Source: the human T2T-CHM13v2.0 reference genome, Homo sapiens | Length of the DNA stretch: 64,000 bases | Reading direction: 5' to 3' (one strand) | Assembly: GCF_009914755.1 (NCBI RefSeq) | Contig: NC_060929.1 | Shown: positions 13,484 through 26,934 of the stretch, in pieces | Position numbering within the stretch: the first letter of the stretch is position 1 | Layout: each line of letters starts with the position of its first letter | The notes under the pieces: model-generated | What the model saw: only the letters and a program-made list of their open reading frames with translations | The model's database searches: none | What the model was told of the DNA's origin: nothing | Made by a program: the position numbers and the translations under genes

Positions 13484-14804
13484 AACATTTTTTTTATGTA
13501 CAAGTAGAAGGAGTACACTCTAAAATAATGATGTTGATAACACTAATAAAGATAATAATAAATAACTAAAAATAAAATAATAATAATATATAGTAAATAC
13601 ATAAACCAGAAATATACCAGCTGTTTATTGTCATTATCAAGAGTATTATGAACTGCCCATGATTGTATGTGTTATACTCTTGTACAACTGGCAGCATAAT
13701 AGGTTTGTTTATACCAGCATCACCACAAACACGTAAATAATGCATTGTACTATGACATCACCAGACAACAGGAATCTTTCAGCTTCATTGTAATCTTATA
13801 GGACCACTGTTGCATATGCAATCTGTTGTTGACCAAAGCGTCATTACGCAATTCACGACTGTAATCTCACATTCACAAGAACTGGAGTTAGGCATTCAAC
13901 GTACCTTTTGGGGAAACACAATTCAATCCGTAACACCAGGAGTTAGGAGACTGGGACCTTTGGGCTTCCCCCATTTCATAGAAAGTAGGAGAGAAGGGGT
14001 CATAGAAACTAGGAGAGAAGGGGTGAGTTGGGGAGCTCTGGCCCGGGAACCAGGACACCTGGACCCTGCCTTCAGCTCATTCTTCTTCATGGTAAGATGA
14101 GGAAAAGTGTCCCCCATGCTCACCAGATAGGTTCTTGTGAAACCCAAATAAGGTAGGGAGCGTAAAGGTAGGAAAATTGCTTTGCAGCCCAAACACCATG
14201 CACAGATGAGAAGAACTTCTCCTAGGCCCTAATTGTACTCTTACGCTTCACCCGTGAGTTTGACAGAGAGTTCCTGCAAGGGTACTTTTTCTACACAACC
14301 TTATTAATTAGGCACTTCTGATGCTGTTCCCTCAGCCCTCATTAGTTTGATTTTATATTGAAGCAAGCATCATCGCCATAGAGAAATACCACATTTGACA
14401 TACAGAAAAGCGGGACATGGAGACCACTGCCTCTCTACTTAGCCCCCAGGCCTTCACTCAGGCAGCCCTCTAGCAGCCTTTGCTTCAGCCACACTCAGTT
14501 CCTTGCCAGGCTTCAGAAAGGATGGGCCCTGCTCGTTTGGAAACCCCAGTGGTTTGTTGTGTGGCTTGGGGACGGGCCCGTCTCTCTGGTCCTTAGTCTT
14601 CTGGTCAGCAGTCTGTACCCTGAGGGCTTTAGGTGATCTGAGAGGCCCTGCCACCTTTCTTTTTGTGTGATTTTAGCTTGGGGTGGTCCTTTAGGACACT
14701 TTTGGGTCCTGACCTGAGGATAGGCACAGTGGCAGGAGTTCAGACAAACGCCAGGATGCCTGGTCCTGTCTCCTGCTCTGCCACTGACATGCTTGGGCAA
14801 TTCC

Positions 14805-15118
14805 TTTTTTTTTTTTTTTTTTTTTTTTTTTGAGACGAAATTTTGCTCTTATTGCGCAGGCTGGAGTGCAATGAATGGCATGATCTCGGCTCACCACAGT
14901 CTCCGCCTCCCAGGTTCAAGCAATTCTCCTGCCTCAGCCTCCTAAGTAGTTGGGATTACAGGCATGCACCACCACGCCCAGCTAATTTTGTATTTGTAGT
15001 AGAGATGGGGTTTCTCCATGTTGGTCAGGCTGGTCTCAAACTCCTGACCTCAGGTGATTCCCCCCGCCTCGGCCTCTCAAAGTGCTGGGATTACAGGCAT
15101 GAGCCACAGAGCCCAGCC
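14805..15118 (-). mobile_element. Alu (AluSq/Sp-like)
   Basis: Full reverse Alu; long T-tail; TSD aattcctt. Confidence 0.95.
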
Positions 15119-15399
15119 AATTCCTTCCCTTCTTTAGGGCTTTTTCCCCTGCCATCACAAAAGAGACTGGCCTGGATGAAAGCCCTTCCAGTTTGGCTTT
15201 TTTTGGAGTCCAACAGCCAACACCTTTGGAACATGCCATGGTCATCCTCATCACCTGGCCTTAACATCTGCTATGCCCTCCACCAGGACCACCGTTCCCC
15301 GCTGTGTTCACACGGTGCATTTCTTCATTCAGGTTTTCACTACTCAGCAGAGCCTCTTCTTTCCACCCAACCTAAAGTCACATGCATATACACAGCCCT

Positions 15400-15670
15400 G
15401 ATACTCTTTTTCCCTAAACACTGATCATTACCTGATCTCATACTGCACATTTATCAGTACTTTGTCTTTTTGCCAGCCCCACCCACCCCCCACCAATAGA
15501 ATATAAGCCCCATAATGGCAGGGATCTTCTCTAACTTGTTCAACATGGCACCCCAGTGCCTAACATAGAGCTGGGCACCTAGTAGCTACTTGATGTATTT
15601 TGGAAGGAAGAGAGGGAAGGAGGGAAGAAGGAAAGAGGGAGTGGGGAGGGAGGGAGAAAGGAAGGAGGGT
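15400..15670 (+). mobile_element. L2 3' end running into a GA-rich purine tract (15602-15669)
   Basis: tagaatataagcccc...ggcagggat...ccccagtgcctaaca...gggcacctagtag. Confidence 0.65.
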
Positions 15671-16559
15671 TTTACCTATCTGTATGAAGTTAGCCTAAGA
15701 TAACGTAAAATGCCTTTTCTTTCTCACCCTTGCTGTTGCTAGGCTATGTCTTTCTAGCTTGTATTTATCTGTTCAACCAATACGCACGGTTGGCCAGCTC
15801 TGCCCAGGTATGGTGTTAAGCCCAGGTGATCGGAAGGTGAACCTGATACCCCCACCTTCTTTCTGATCTTATTAACGTACATAGTAACCAGGACTATGGT
15901 CAGTGAGGGGAGGAGGAGAACAGGGATGTAGGTAACTAGGAGACAGAGGACAGGGGGCAGGGAGGGGTCGGAGGAGGGCCTCTCAGTGCAGGTGATGTGG
16001 GCCCTGGGTGGTCACTTAGGGTTTGGGGAGGAGGCTGGTGGGGCTGGTGGGACTGGCTCCTGGTGTGGACCATGGCAGTGCAGGGACAGGGCTCAGCCTC
16101 CCAGCTGTGGCCTTTGCTATCATTTCCTGTGGGAATGCTTTCTCCTTAGCTACCCACCCTAGGGCCTCCCTGCCCCAGCTAAGGCAGGGCCCTCCCTCCA
16201 CCCTCTGCACACCAAGGTGGCCAGATCCTTTCCCTCTGAGCTGCCTCTCCCTTGCCGTGGACTTCCGGCTGCCTGGACCCTCCTGGGAGCAGCCCTCTCC
16301 CCTCCCTCTTGATGCATGGTGGGGTCGGTCTCTGGAGACTGTCCCTGGTCTCTGCTGGGCACCAGCTTCCAGACTGGGTTCCTTTCTCTGCAGCCTTGCC
16401 TGTAGGACATCATCTCACTGAATCCTTCCACTTTTTTCCTGCCTCACTCACCTTTTCCCTTTCCCTGGAGCTCAGGTGCAGCCTCGCATTTCTTTCCCAT
16501 GTGAGCCCCAGGTGACATTGCAGGACATCCAAGGTAGCCAATTTCGGGTGGGCTCCACT

Positions 16560-17150
16560 TAATAATAAAGTGTTCCCTGCGCCACATGTGTCATCTCATG
16601 CATCCTCATGAGGACTCTCATTAGTCCCATTTTACAGATGAAAGCCTGTGACATTCACCATAGTAAGTAGTTGAACAGGGGCTCCAACCCAGGGGGTTCT
16701 GTGCTTCTGTGCATCCCCTCCACTCCATGCCTCTCTGGAAGAGCAGTGGCCTCAGAGCCCATCTACTCCACGACACTGTGCGGGGCTTGCCCAGGGCCTG
16801 CTCCTTTTCCAGAGACTCCAGTTGTTTCCTCTAATGAGGGGGTGGGATAGGTTGAGAGGGGACTCAAATCATAGAACTTTCCAAGCTTGAGCAAGACCCA
16901 GGAGAAGGGAATTAGATAGGGATCCTGTCCTCTGGATATTCTCATAAATATTAATAATCGCAGGAGCTGACATTCACCTGGGGCTTACTCTGGGCCAGGC
17001 ACTGTTCTAAGCAATTGCATGTGTGCTCACTGGCTCGATCCACACAAAAACTATCCTCCCCACTTTACAGATGAGGAAATTGAGGCATGAAAACTCATCC
17101 ACACAGCTACTAAGTGCTGGAGCTGCAAGTGAACCCAGCAGGCTCTGCAG
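16560..17150. mobile_element. MIR fragments
   Basis: cccattttacagatgaaa; ccactttacagatgaggaaattgaggca. Confidence 0.7.
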
Positions 17151-18429
17151 TCAAGCTCTTCCCTTTGAAGCATTTCTCAGGCAGTCACTAATATAGCACT
17201 TTGTCCAGGCTACCTTCAACCCAAGCATTGGGACACACAGGGACAAAGGGATGGGTTGTCACATCCCACAGACACCCCAAGCCCCTGTCCTCAACCTTCT
17301 GAACATTTGTCCTCCAGTCTAGAGGCCATTTGCACAGTGATGGGTCTGGATCCCTTGCAGAAGAAAAATACAATTTTCTTTTCCACTCAACAAGCCTATG
17401 TTTCTCTCCCCTCCCTCTAGCCCCATTGTTTATTTCAGCAAGGAAATGGCCTTTGAAGTCCTCGCTTCTTGAAAGCTGAGAGGGAGAGGGAGGCACTACA
17501 AACATTGAAAAGCATAGCCACGTTTTGGTTGGAATCTGGAAGTTTTTAAGGATTAATAACAGTTTTTGGAATCCATGGACCCTGTTGCTCTTTCAAGGTG
17601 AAAAAAATAACCCCTTGAATATCACAGCTGCTGGGGTCTGGAGGAAAAAAATCATCCAGAGCCATGCCAGGGGTCTGCTTAGGCTGAATGTGATGAGGAA
17701 CAGCCCCAAATTCTGGTCCAGGGGGCGTGTTCTTAGCTCTGTGGCAAAGGGGCAGTAAGAAAAGGGAGATTTTCCCAAAGCTCCATTCCCTCTTTTGAAA
17801 GAATCATCTTTTACGGGGGTTATGCCCTTCCTGCTTTGTTTGATGTCCAAAGCCCTTTCTTTAAGGAATTTGTGACTACGGTAAACAAAAGTTATTTAAA
17901 AGTGTCTTCAGCAAAAGAAAATAGTTGGCAATCCTACCTCAGTCTCCCAGTTCTTAATCTTTTGGAATGTGCCTGGTTAGGGAAATCTCAGTTCTTCAGT
18001 TGAGGAGGAAGAAAGAGATGGACACATGTTATCTCACCCTGAAGTAGAAACTGGGGCCTTCATAAGACTCTGCCAAAGTGCAGAGTATGGTTCAGGGGCA
18101 GTCGCTGCAGATGCAAGCCCTGGGGAAGGCTTCTCAGAGGTGGAGTGCATCCCTGGGCTGTGGAAAGCAGGTACCACCTCACCTCCACAGCCAAGGGGAA
18201 CTCCAGGGAGAGGGAAGGAAGAGGCAGCAGAACCTGTTCTAAGGACACCTGAGTGTCTAAGGGCTCCCTCAGACGCTGATCGCATCTACTTCTCACAATC
18301 CTGCAATGAGTGTACTCCAGTTATTCCCATTGGACATCTAAGGAAACTGAGGCACGGTAAGGTTAAAGTCACGGTCAAGGTCATGCAGCAATCAGGGGCA
18401 GAGCTGGGGTTCTCACCCAGGCCACTCTG

Positions 18430-18604
18430 TGAGACTGGCTACATAATTTGCAAGGTCAGTACAAAATGAAAATGTGGAGCTCCTTACTCATAAATTATTG
18501 AGAATTTTAAAACGGGGACAGCAGACTGTTCAACCAAGCATGGGGCCCTTCTAAGTGCAGGCCTGTGCAGCAGCTCAGGTCACACACCCATGACAGCAAC
18601 CCTG
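18430..18604 (-). mobile_element. MER45A-like hAT element, next to a MIR (18280-18430)
   Basis: ggctacataatttgc...aaaatgaaaatg...ggggcccttct...aggtcacacacccatga....ccctg. Confidence 0.75.
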
Positions 18605-19449
18605 CTTCTGGGCTTGAGAGTCCAGCTCTTGCCATTGTTCACCGCTGCTTTCCATTAGATGGTGGAGTTAAGTTAAACAGAGGAAGCAAAACCTAAAATT
18701 ATCTATTCACTAAAAATCTACAATGTCCCTATTGAGACAGGTATAATATACAATATACCAAATTATTCATCAATGGCTGTTTGGAGGGTGAGACCATGGG
18801 TGAATTTTTCTACTTTTCTGTATAGCTACTTTTTAATATAAGTATGAATTTCTTTACAATAGAAATGAAGTGGGTGTTTTGCTGTGTTTTAGTAGTTTCA
18901 CCTGTAGGACAGGAAAGAATTATGGGGTTTCCTGGCCATTCCCCCAGCTTCCCTTCCAGGACCAATTGGCTCCTCTCTGCCTATCATCTCTCTGGCTCTG
19001 GACCCCTGCCCACTCCACTTCGGGGCCCCAGCCTGGCTCTAATCAATGGCTGATGACCAGGACGAGAGTGTGTTGTGATCAACCAGAGCATGTGGGCCAG
19101 CAGAAAGACCATGGCCCTGGCAGAGAAACTGAGCCTAGTCCCTGCTCTGCCAGACATGCGCTGTGTGGCCTTGAGCAAGTCCCTTTCCCTCTCTGAGCCT
19201 GATGTTACAGTGGGGCCCTTTAACACAGTGTGGTCTACAGCTCAATGACTGCAACAGCCAATGAAGCAATTCCAGCCACCAAGACCTTTTCTTGAGTTTC
19301 CTCCTTTTCCACAAACAGCAGAGAGGGAGTGAAGCAGGATGATCTGGAGCAGGGCAGGGTGGTATAGTGGGAAGAGGAACTCTAATTTGGAAATACTCAG
19401 TGAGCAATATCTGCCCCTCTTGAGGCCCCTGTCCTCTCTGCTTCAAACT

Positions 19450-19945
19450 CTCCATGGTTCCAATTGCCTCCGGAATAAACCCCAAACTCCTTACCATGGT
19501 CCTCCACAATCCATTCTGCCAGCCTTGTCTGCTCCCATTCCTGATTCTTGCTCACGCCCCGCCTGCCACACTGACCTCCCTGCTTTTGTGTCAAGCTCAT
19601 TCCCCCAACAGGGCCTTTGCACTGGCTGTTCTCTCTGCCTGGAACTCTCTTCCCCAGACCTTCCCCTGACTGCCTCTTTGGATTTGGAGCCAAAATGTCA
19701 CTCTCAGAGAGGTTTCCCTAGCTACACAGCTCTTTATCCCATGAGCCCATGTCAGCGTCTTCACAGCACACGTTGTTATCTAACATTTCCTGTTTCTATG
19801 TTCTCATGTTCATTATCTTTGCACATCCCCCATCTTTCCAGTCCCATGACACTGAACACCATGCCCATGACCTACTGTCTGGTTCCCCACTTTGTTCTCA
19901 GTGCTTAGACAGTCAATAAATATTTGATGAATGAATGATTGAATG
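19450..19945 (+). mobile_element. L2 3' fragment
   Basis: ccaaactccttaccatgg...agggcctttgcactggctgttctctctgcctggaa...aataaatatttgatgaatgaatg. Confidence 0.8.
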
Positions 19946-22656
19946 GGCCTCAATGTGCCTAGCAATACAATTAGAGGGTAAGGAGAATTCAATCATTCTG
20001 GTCACAGATGTCTTTTAAAATATAATGAAATTTAGGGATCCTCTGCTCAGGAAAGCACAGACATAACATTGTGCATCCAGTGAGGTCCCCACCCCCTTTG
20101 AAGCCTACCCCAGAATCCCTGATCATGCTCTGAGGTTTTCAGATCTGAGAACAGAAGACAACAAAGATCAAATGGGTGTTCCATTGATTGTAAAAGGTGA
20201 TCAGGACTTGGTGCTCTGTCTTTGCGGAGTTTATATTTCCTCATTTGGAGCCAAAACTATGTCTTGGTGCCCCCTCCCACACTCCTGTCTCTAACTCAGC
20301 AGATCCGCTCAGCTGGAGGGACCTGGCTCTATTATTCTTGCTCCTTGATTGGCCCCCCGGTTTTCCTTCTGGCCCTCTCCTCTCCTCTTCCTGCTGCTGA
20401 GATCTTAAGACAGCAGATTCAGGCCTCTGGAGGAATGGTCTCCCTTAACACCAACATGGTCCCCCATCTATAAAACCTTTCAACTTCATAAACTCGTAAC
20501 TGCATAAATCTGTCCGAACATTCTGGGGCAGTTGTAACCATTGGTGTTGGCTTGCAGACCTGAACTGAGCTGCCAGAGCTTTAATGAGGAAATACTTAAC
20601 AGGCCCAGCCCAGGGTGACGACCAGGGAGGGCAGAGAGCCCACAGACGGCTGCCAAGGAGCCATGAGCTGGCCTCCGCTGGGCACAGTGGACAAGACAGG
20701 CTATCGATCAGCTTCTCAGAAAAATGAAATTGACTTAATCTTGTTACACTTTGAAGGTGTGGGTGGAAGAAGGTGAGATGGGTTAGAGACGGTGGGACAG
20801 CAGTCAGGAGTGAGAACCTAGCCAGGACTGAGCTTTGTGTTGAGACACATGTAGCCAGACAGATGAAAAAGGCACTTTCTCCCTCCCAGGCTGGGGCACG
20901 CTGTCTTTTCCATGATTAATGTGGAGAGAATGGCTTAGACGCTGTTGAGGGCCGGCGAAGAGAAGTGGTCCTTTTTTTCCCTCCTCCCCAGGCGCCCGTC
21001 TGGAGAATGGTGGCAGGGAAGGGTCAGTTGTGTTGATAGGGACGGCTGCGGGGCCACCTGGAACTTGCACAGGAATCCACATCACTGAACACCCAGGGCC
21101 CCTGGCACCCAGAAGGTGGGCTGCGGGTGACCTCAGGAAGAGGGGGCTGCTGCAGTCCCAGCCAGGCAGCTCTAGAGAAGCAACTACCCCTGGTATTTCC
21201 CCTCCCAGCAGCCACATGAAACAGTTCTTGGGGGACAGGGAGAGAGAACACACTTCTGAGGTGGCTGTGAAAATTTGGGCCTGGCAGACAAGAAGTGCTA
21301 TCCACAAGAAAGGGGCAATTCTGTGGTCTTGTACATCCTGGAGACTTCATTGAAGGAATTCCCTTCAATCTGATCGTCAGGAGGAAGGGCCCCTTGGCTG
21401 TGAGGTTGGAGGAAACTGTTGCCCGGCTGCAGCCCCACGACCCCACCCCCTCCTTGTGGTGCGATGAAGGCCTGGACCCCGATGGGACCACACTTTGTGC
21501 CTGTGGCTAGGTGGGCATTTCTAAAAGCTGGATACCCAGAAATACGAAGTCAGAACAGCATCTCTGACCTAACCACATGGCCCAACTTAGAACCATACCC
21601 TGAAGCCCTAATTTCCAGGGCAGCTGCCCCCAAGGCCAAGGAAGGCCCATAAATTCCAGGTACATGAAGAAATGAAGTCCATGCTTGTAGAAGCAGGGAG
21701 ATGGGGTTCTTTCCCAGCCGGGTGATGGATTTCTCTTCCCTTCATCACATCAACAGTTCTCAAGACCTTGCCTTACTTAATGTCATGGTCCCCATTGAGA
21801 CTCTCCAAGACTCCCATGGAATGAGGCCCTACTCTGTTTACAGATAAGACCCCAGAAATCCACTTGCAGCCCTGTGGGACAGGAAAAGAGTGCTTAGGTG
21901 CCTGACTATTAGACAAAAGGAGAAACTGAGGCCTCAGAACAAAAGCTGAGTTCAAGTCATAGAATGGATTTTCCCTTGGAGGCCATCTGGCAACACACTG
22001 GTTTTGCAGGTGAGAACTGTACAGCTCTGAGAATAGAGGAGACTAAGTATGTCCCCAACACCCTCCACACAGCATTGCACCATTCCCTCTGCCCAGGTGC
22101 CCTGAACATGGCCTCCCCTACCTCTGCTCTCATCTCTGGAGGGGGCCCAGCAGGCCATCCCCCCACAGATTTGCTCCCAGCTCCAGCAGAGGCCAGGCCT
22201 GAGCCTCAAGAGCCTCGTCATAGCTGAGGGGCCCCAAGAAAGTACCATCTGCAGGGAAAGGCATCAAGAGTGCTGATTTCAGTCCCAGATCTCTGCTGGA
22301 AAGCCCTGTGACTTTGGGAGACCTTTACAAATATCCTAATATTTGAAGAACACATTATGTTTCACAAGGCTCTTTCACATATGTTATTTCATTCTGTCCT
22401 GAATCTCTTGGGGCCTCAGTTTCTTCACATCAAAATGAGGGAATTGAACTGACAGATGGCTTCAAGGCTTTCTCTCCCACATGCTAATATTTTGTGAGAG
22501 ACTATGTTTTAAGGCATCTCATAGATTATATTGTTCGTTTTAGGATTTATGGTGCTAAGATGCTGTGTTCTGGGATCCTAGAAGCATCAGCTTCTGAAAT
22601 TCAATGGTCTTTGATTCTCAGAGTATATGACTTTTTCATTCCATGATTGCATATGT

Positions 22657-23150
22657 CAGAGTTTCCCAGATTTTACTTGTTCCCGTACCACCTTTAGCAC
22701 ATAGACTGCGTCTGCATACCACCTGTATTATTATTCATTTAGTATTTTTTCTTTAAATAGAAGCTTTCTAACTTAAATAAGTGTCTTTAAAATGGAAACT
22801 TTATATCACTATTGCAAATGGAAAACCAGTCTCACCTGCCATAAATAAGAGCTAAAAGTAAAAATAAATACAATAAAAACAATGCTATTAAATTCTAACT
22901 AGATATTGTTGCTTGCCAAAGGCTGCAAGTCCAAGGCTTGCTCTTTAAAAAAATGTTTTAATATACATACGTGTATATATATATTAGCAAGGTTTAGAGA
23001 GGTATTAAAGACACGTTAGCATCGAATTGAAATGGTATAATGAGAAGGATTGAAAATATAACTGAACTTTTCATCTCTTTCTCAGTAAGTGGTTCCACGT
23101 TGTTCAGTGCTGTACCTGGGCATCACCTAGGTTCACTGTGGGGCATGTCC
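22657..23150 (+). mobile_element. hAT-Charlie-like DNA transposon
   Basis: Starts cagagtttcccaga (Charlie-type TIR), then taccacctgtattattatt; AT-rich body. Confidence 0.55.
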
Positions 23151-24939
23151 CTTCAGTAGGTTCACCTAGTGTAAAACTCCTTGTTCTGCCACATGGTAAA
23201 GGAACCTAAACTATCACCTCTCAGGCCACACGAATATTGTCCAGAGAGTCCATTTGGTTTCTTCTCTTCTGAGCTAGGAAGAGCTTTGCATTATTGCAAA
23301 AGCAGTCCCTCAGATTCAGGCCTGGGGCTTCCCTCTCATGGTCTTCCCCGGATAAGAAGAGGCAGACTAAAACCCCACAAGCCTATCACCTGGAGATTGT
23401 TAGAGATGTCAGTGGTTCTGGAGCTGCCAACAGGACTCAGCTGGACAGAAATACACTTTCTTTAGTGCAGGTCTGGTGACAGCTGGGCCTGCAAGTGATG
23501 CTTTTGCTTGTGGGGCAGAGAGAGCAGACACAGCTCTGGGGGTGCTGGCCTCCAGAGCCGGGAGTGGGGGTCTACAGGAAAAGCCTGTTGGAAGAGCTCA
23601 GCATACCCCGGGAGGGTCAAGGCTGGACTCATCCTCTCTGGGGCTGGCTGCAGAGCCAGGGTGGTATCAGGCCAGGCCTTGACATGTGGGCAGGAGGACC
23701 CAGGTTCTAATCCCACCTGCTGCTGGCCCACTGTGTGACCTTGAGCAAGGCCCTTTTCCTCTGCAGGGCAACATCCTCTCTGTACAATCGGTGCACATAC
23801 TGGCTCTGACTATCTCTGCAAGGAGTAGGGGTATAAGAATGCTTGCTGGCTCACAACTCTATCTTCAGCACGTGGTTTCACTCAAATAAATGGCTGCTGC
23901 TATTATCATTATAACAATAATTATTATTTGGTCTTCACGATTCTTTGAGAAAGGGTGAGATGAGCAACAATTTTCTCATTGACAGGGGCAACATATAGAA
24001 ACGTTTTCATACACAGAAGTAGTCCGTATATTTGATAACAATATTTCTTTTTCCTTCCTGCCAGGCGCCTTAGTGCCTGAGGGCAGCATCAGTCCTTGGC
24101 CTGGGCTCAGCTTCTGAAGCTGGCCTGATGACTTCTCTGTGATAGTGACATCGGCCTCACATTGAAGACAGCCTTTCTTTGTCTGACTCCAGAACAATAT
24201 ATGAAAAACCAGGGCTGCCTTTCCCCTGCTCCCTTCACCCCACACAGAGTCCCATCTCCAGGCCTTTGCTGTTGCTCTTGCTCTTGCCTTCCCCTACGAT
24301 GTCCTCCTCTCTCCCTATGGCTTGATCCAGCCCTCAGAACCAACCTCCAAAACCCAGGTAATAGTAATAGTCCTGGCTCGGCCCCAGATTCTCTGATTGG
24401 CTGCTCTGGACCTCAGTTTCCCCATACAAAATAAAGGGATTGAACTGCATGACCTCCAAGCTCCTTCCAGTCGTGGCATTGGGAATGACATATGCAGTAG
24501 TGCCCACCATGAAAAGGAAATGACCCTGACTGCTTAGAGTCAACTGCTCAATGAAGACCCTGTCAAACTTGGAATCAGGAGAATGGGGACAATCAGCTCC
24601 ATGACCCATGTGTATAGCCTTTATCCCATAAACTGTAGGCAACCAGAGGACAGAGGCCATGTGTGATTTACTAACCCTCACATCTGCAGGGTGGTCAATG
24701 CATAAAATTTGCTCAACAAATAATGATCAAATAAATATATGTATGCTTGAACTGTATGATAAGCATTCTTATTAGAAAACTGAAGTTGAAGTCAAATGCA
24801 ATCAAGTTAACGCTCCTTGATTTTAAACTCCAAGGAGAGAAGCCCCCTCTTTCTTTTCCTCCAGGCTCAAACTGCAGCATTAGCCTGAGCTTGGGGCTGG
24901 GGGCAGAGAGGAGAACAAGGCTCTATTAACTTATTTTAG

Positions 24940-25308
<369 letters not shown>

Positions 25309-25338
25309 TAGTATTCAATCATTGATTCCACAAACACT

Positions 25339-25480
25339 TCTTTTTTTTAACTTTTATTTTAGTTTTGGGGCTACATGTGGCTGTTTGTTACATGGGTAAA
25401 CTTGTGTCATGGGAGTTTGTTGTAGAGATTATTTCGTCACCCAGGTATTAAGCTCAGTACCCAATAGTTAACTTTTCTAC
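25339..25480 (-). mobile_element. Primate L1 (old L1PA-type) 3' terminus
   Basis: ttttaacttttatttta...gtttgttacatgggtaaacttgtgtcatgg...cacccaggtattaagc..agtacccaatagtt. Confidence 0.8.
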
Positions 25481-26934
25481 TTGAGAATATCTGTGTAGCT
25501 GGGGCTACAAAGAGTGTGAAGGACAGGCATGGAATTTGAGGAATCCGAATACTTGGTTTCCAGCCCCAGCTCTGATAGGAACTCTCTGTGTGATCTTGGG
25601 CAAATCACTTCTCTCCTCTAGGCTTTAGCATCCTCATCTGCAAAATGGAGTGTTGGACTTGTTAATATCTAAGGATGTTTCCTTTCTTATTATCTATGAT
25701 CAACATCTTAACCTGTGAGCTACAGATTCCCAGAGCAGAGGGACTAGAATTTTTTTAAGAGGTCTGGGAAGTAGTCTATGCATCAACCATTATCTGTAAA
25801 TAATATACAAAATTACGATTCCTTTTGTGTATGTTGGAGACAGGAGGTTAATCAACTTTGCATAAGGGCCTCACACTTGAAAGGGCAGAAGCTCTGGTGT
25901 GAATGGCACTGGCTATCATCCTGACTTGGACAGAGCTTACAGCCTAGCAAAGATATAACCCAAGCAACTTGAATACGATGAGAGAAACAGATGTGGGTCC
26001 TGAAAGTTCAGAGGCAGGAGAGACCAGTAAAAGGCAAGAAAGTTCTCTTAGAAGTCATAGACCCCACTGAGAAATTGAGACAATTATTGGCCTCCCCCCA
26101 CTCCTACCATACCAAATGCACCAAATCTTACATACAATTGCCAGGTGATCACAGGCCTTCAAGTTCATCTCACAGAACTCATCACAGTTCTTAATCAAGG
26201 TTAAGAACTATTGATTTAGATAAACCTGTAAGCAGAAGTCGGGCAAGTCTGGAGCAAATCCCTAACTTGAATTCTTGAACCAGGGCACCATACAAGCTTG
26301 TAGGAGAGGCTAGAGACACTTTGGGATCGATGGCCCCAGGACCTGAGAGGTCTTGATCAGAGAGAAGGGGTCACGGGGAAGCTTGGGTGAAATAAGCCAT
26401 GAGCCACCTTCTCTGTCTCTTCTGCTAGACGAAGCAATTTTTTATGCTGTTTCAGAAGGCTAAACTCATAAGCTTCAAAACATAAACAAGCAGAGCCTCT
26501 TAAATCACTGGGGAATTGTTTATGAATTAAATCATCTCTTCATAACAAACAGAGACCAGGCTGAGAATCCACAACCTCCATGATTAGATGTAGACAGGCA
26601 AGGAATCAAGAAGGGCCCCTGTGGGGATGAGACCTCATCCGAGATGGTCCCATTCAGAGGCAAGGCCAATGGCTAGAAAACCCTGCCTCTGTTCTCATGA
26701 GTGAGTTCCTTGGGGTGGTAGAAACCTGATGGACATGTAACAAGATTTAAAAGGTGAAAATATGCTTTTGATCCTGAAGTGGTAATCATTTTAAAGGCCA
26801 CGGCCAACACCACCAGCATTACAATTACACTCAGCAGTCTCGTGGCAAAGGACAAAGGACGCAATGGCACAATGTAGTTTGATTGAGCCAAGGACATAGA
26901 CCCCCTGAGTGACTGTGGGCGCAGGATGACTCCC

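Larger units (their letters stand above)
12419..13861 (+). mobile_element. Tigger3-family (TcMar) DNA transposon containing Alu insertions
   Basis: gttctgagaaat..gttgttaggcaatttc...ctaggctacaaacctgt; ends gttgaccaaagcgtcattacgcaattcacgactg; TA on both sides. Confidence 0.85.
11990..13935 (-). mobile_element. MLT1 (B/C/D-like) LTR split by a Tigger3 insertion
   Basis: ggctgccataacaaa..ccacaaa.tgggtggcttaaacaacagaaat (11990-12418) resumes as cacattc...gggaaacacaattcaatccgtaaca (13862-13935). Confidence 0.85.

Noticed and set aside
14843-15424. 193-aa ORF and many similar LECSG../FSCLSL../PVIPAL.. ORFs
   Set aside because: Translations of Alu sequence
17710-17732. ggtccagggggcgtg as a CTCF site
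   Set aside because: The 5' half of the core does not match
19339-19908. 189-aa ORF
   Set aside because: Lies largely in a decayed L2; no recognisable domain
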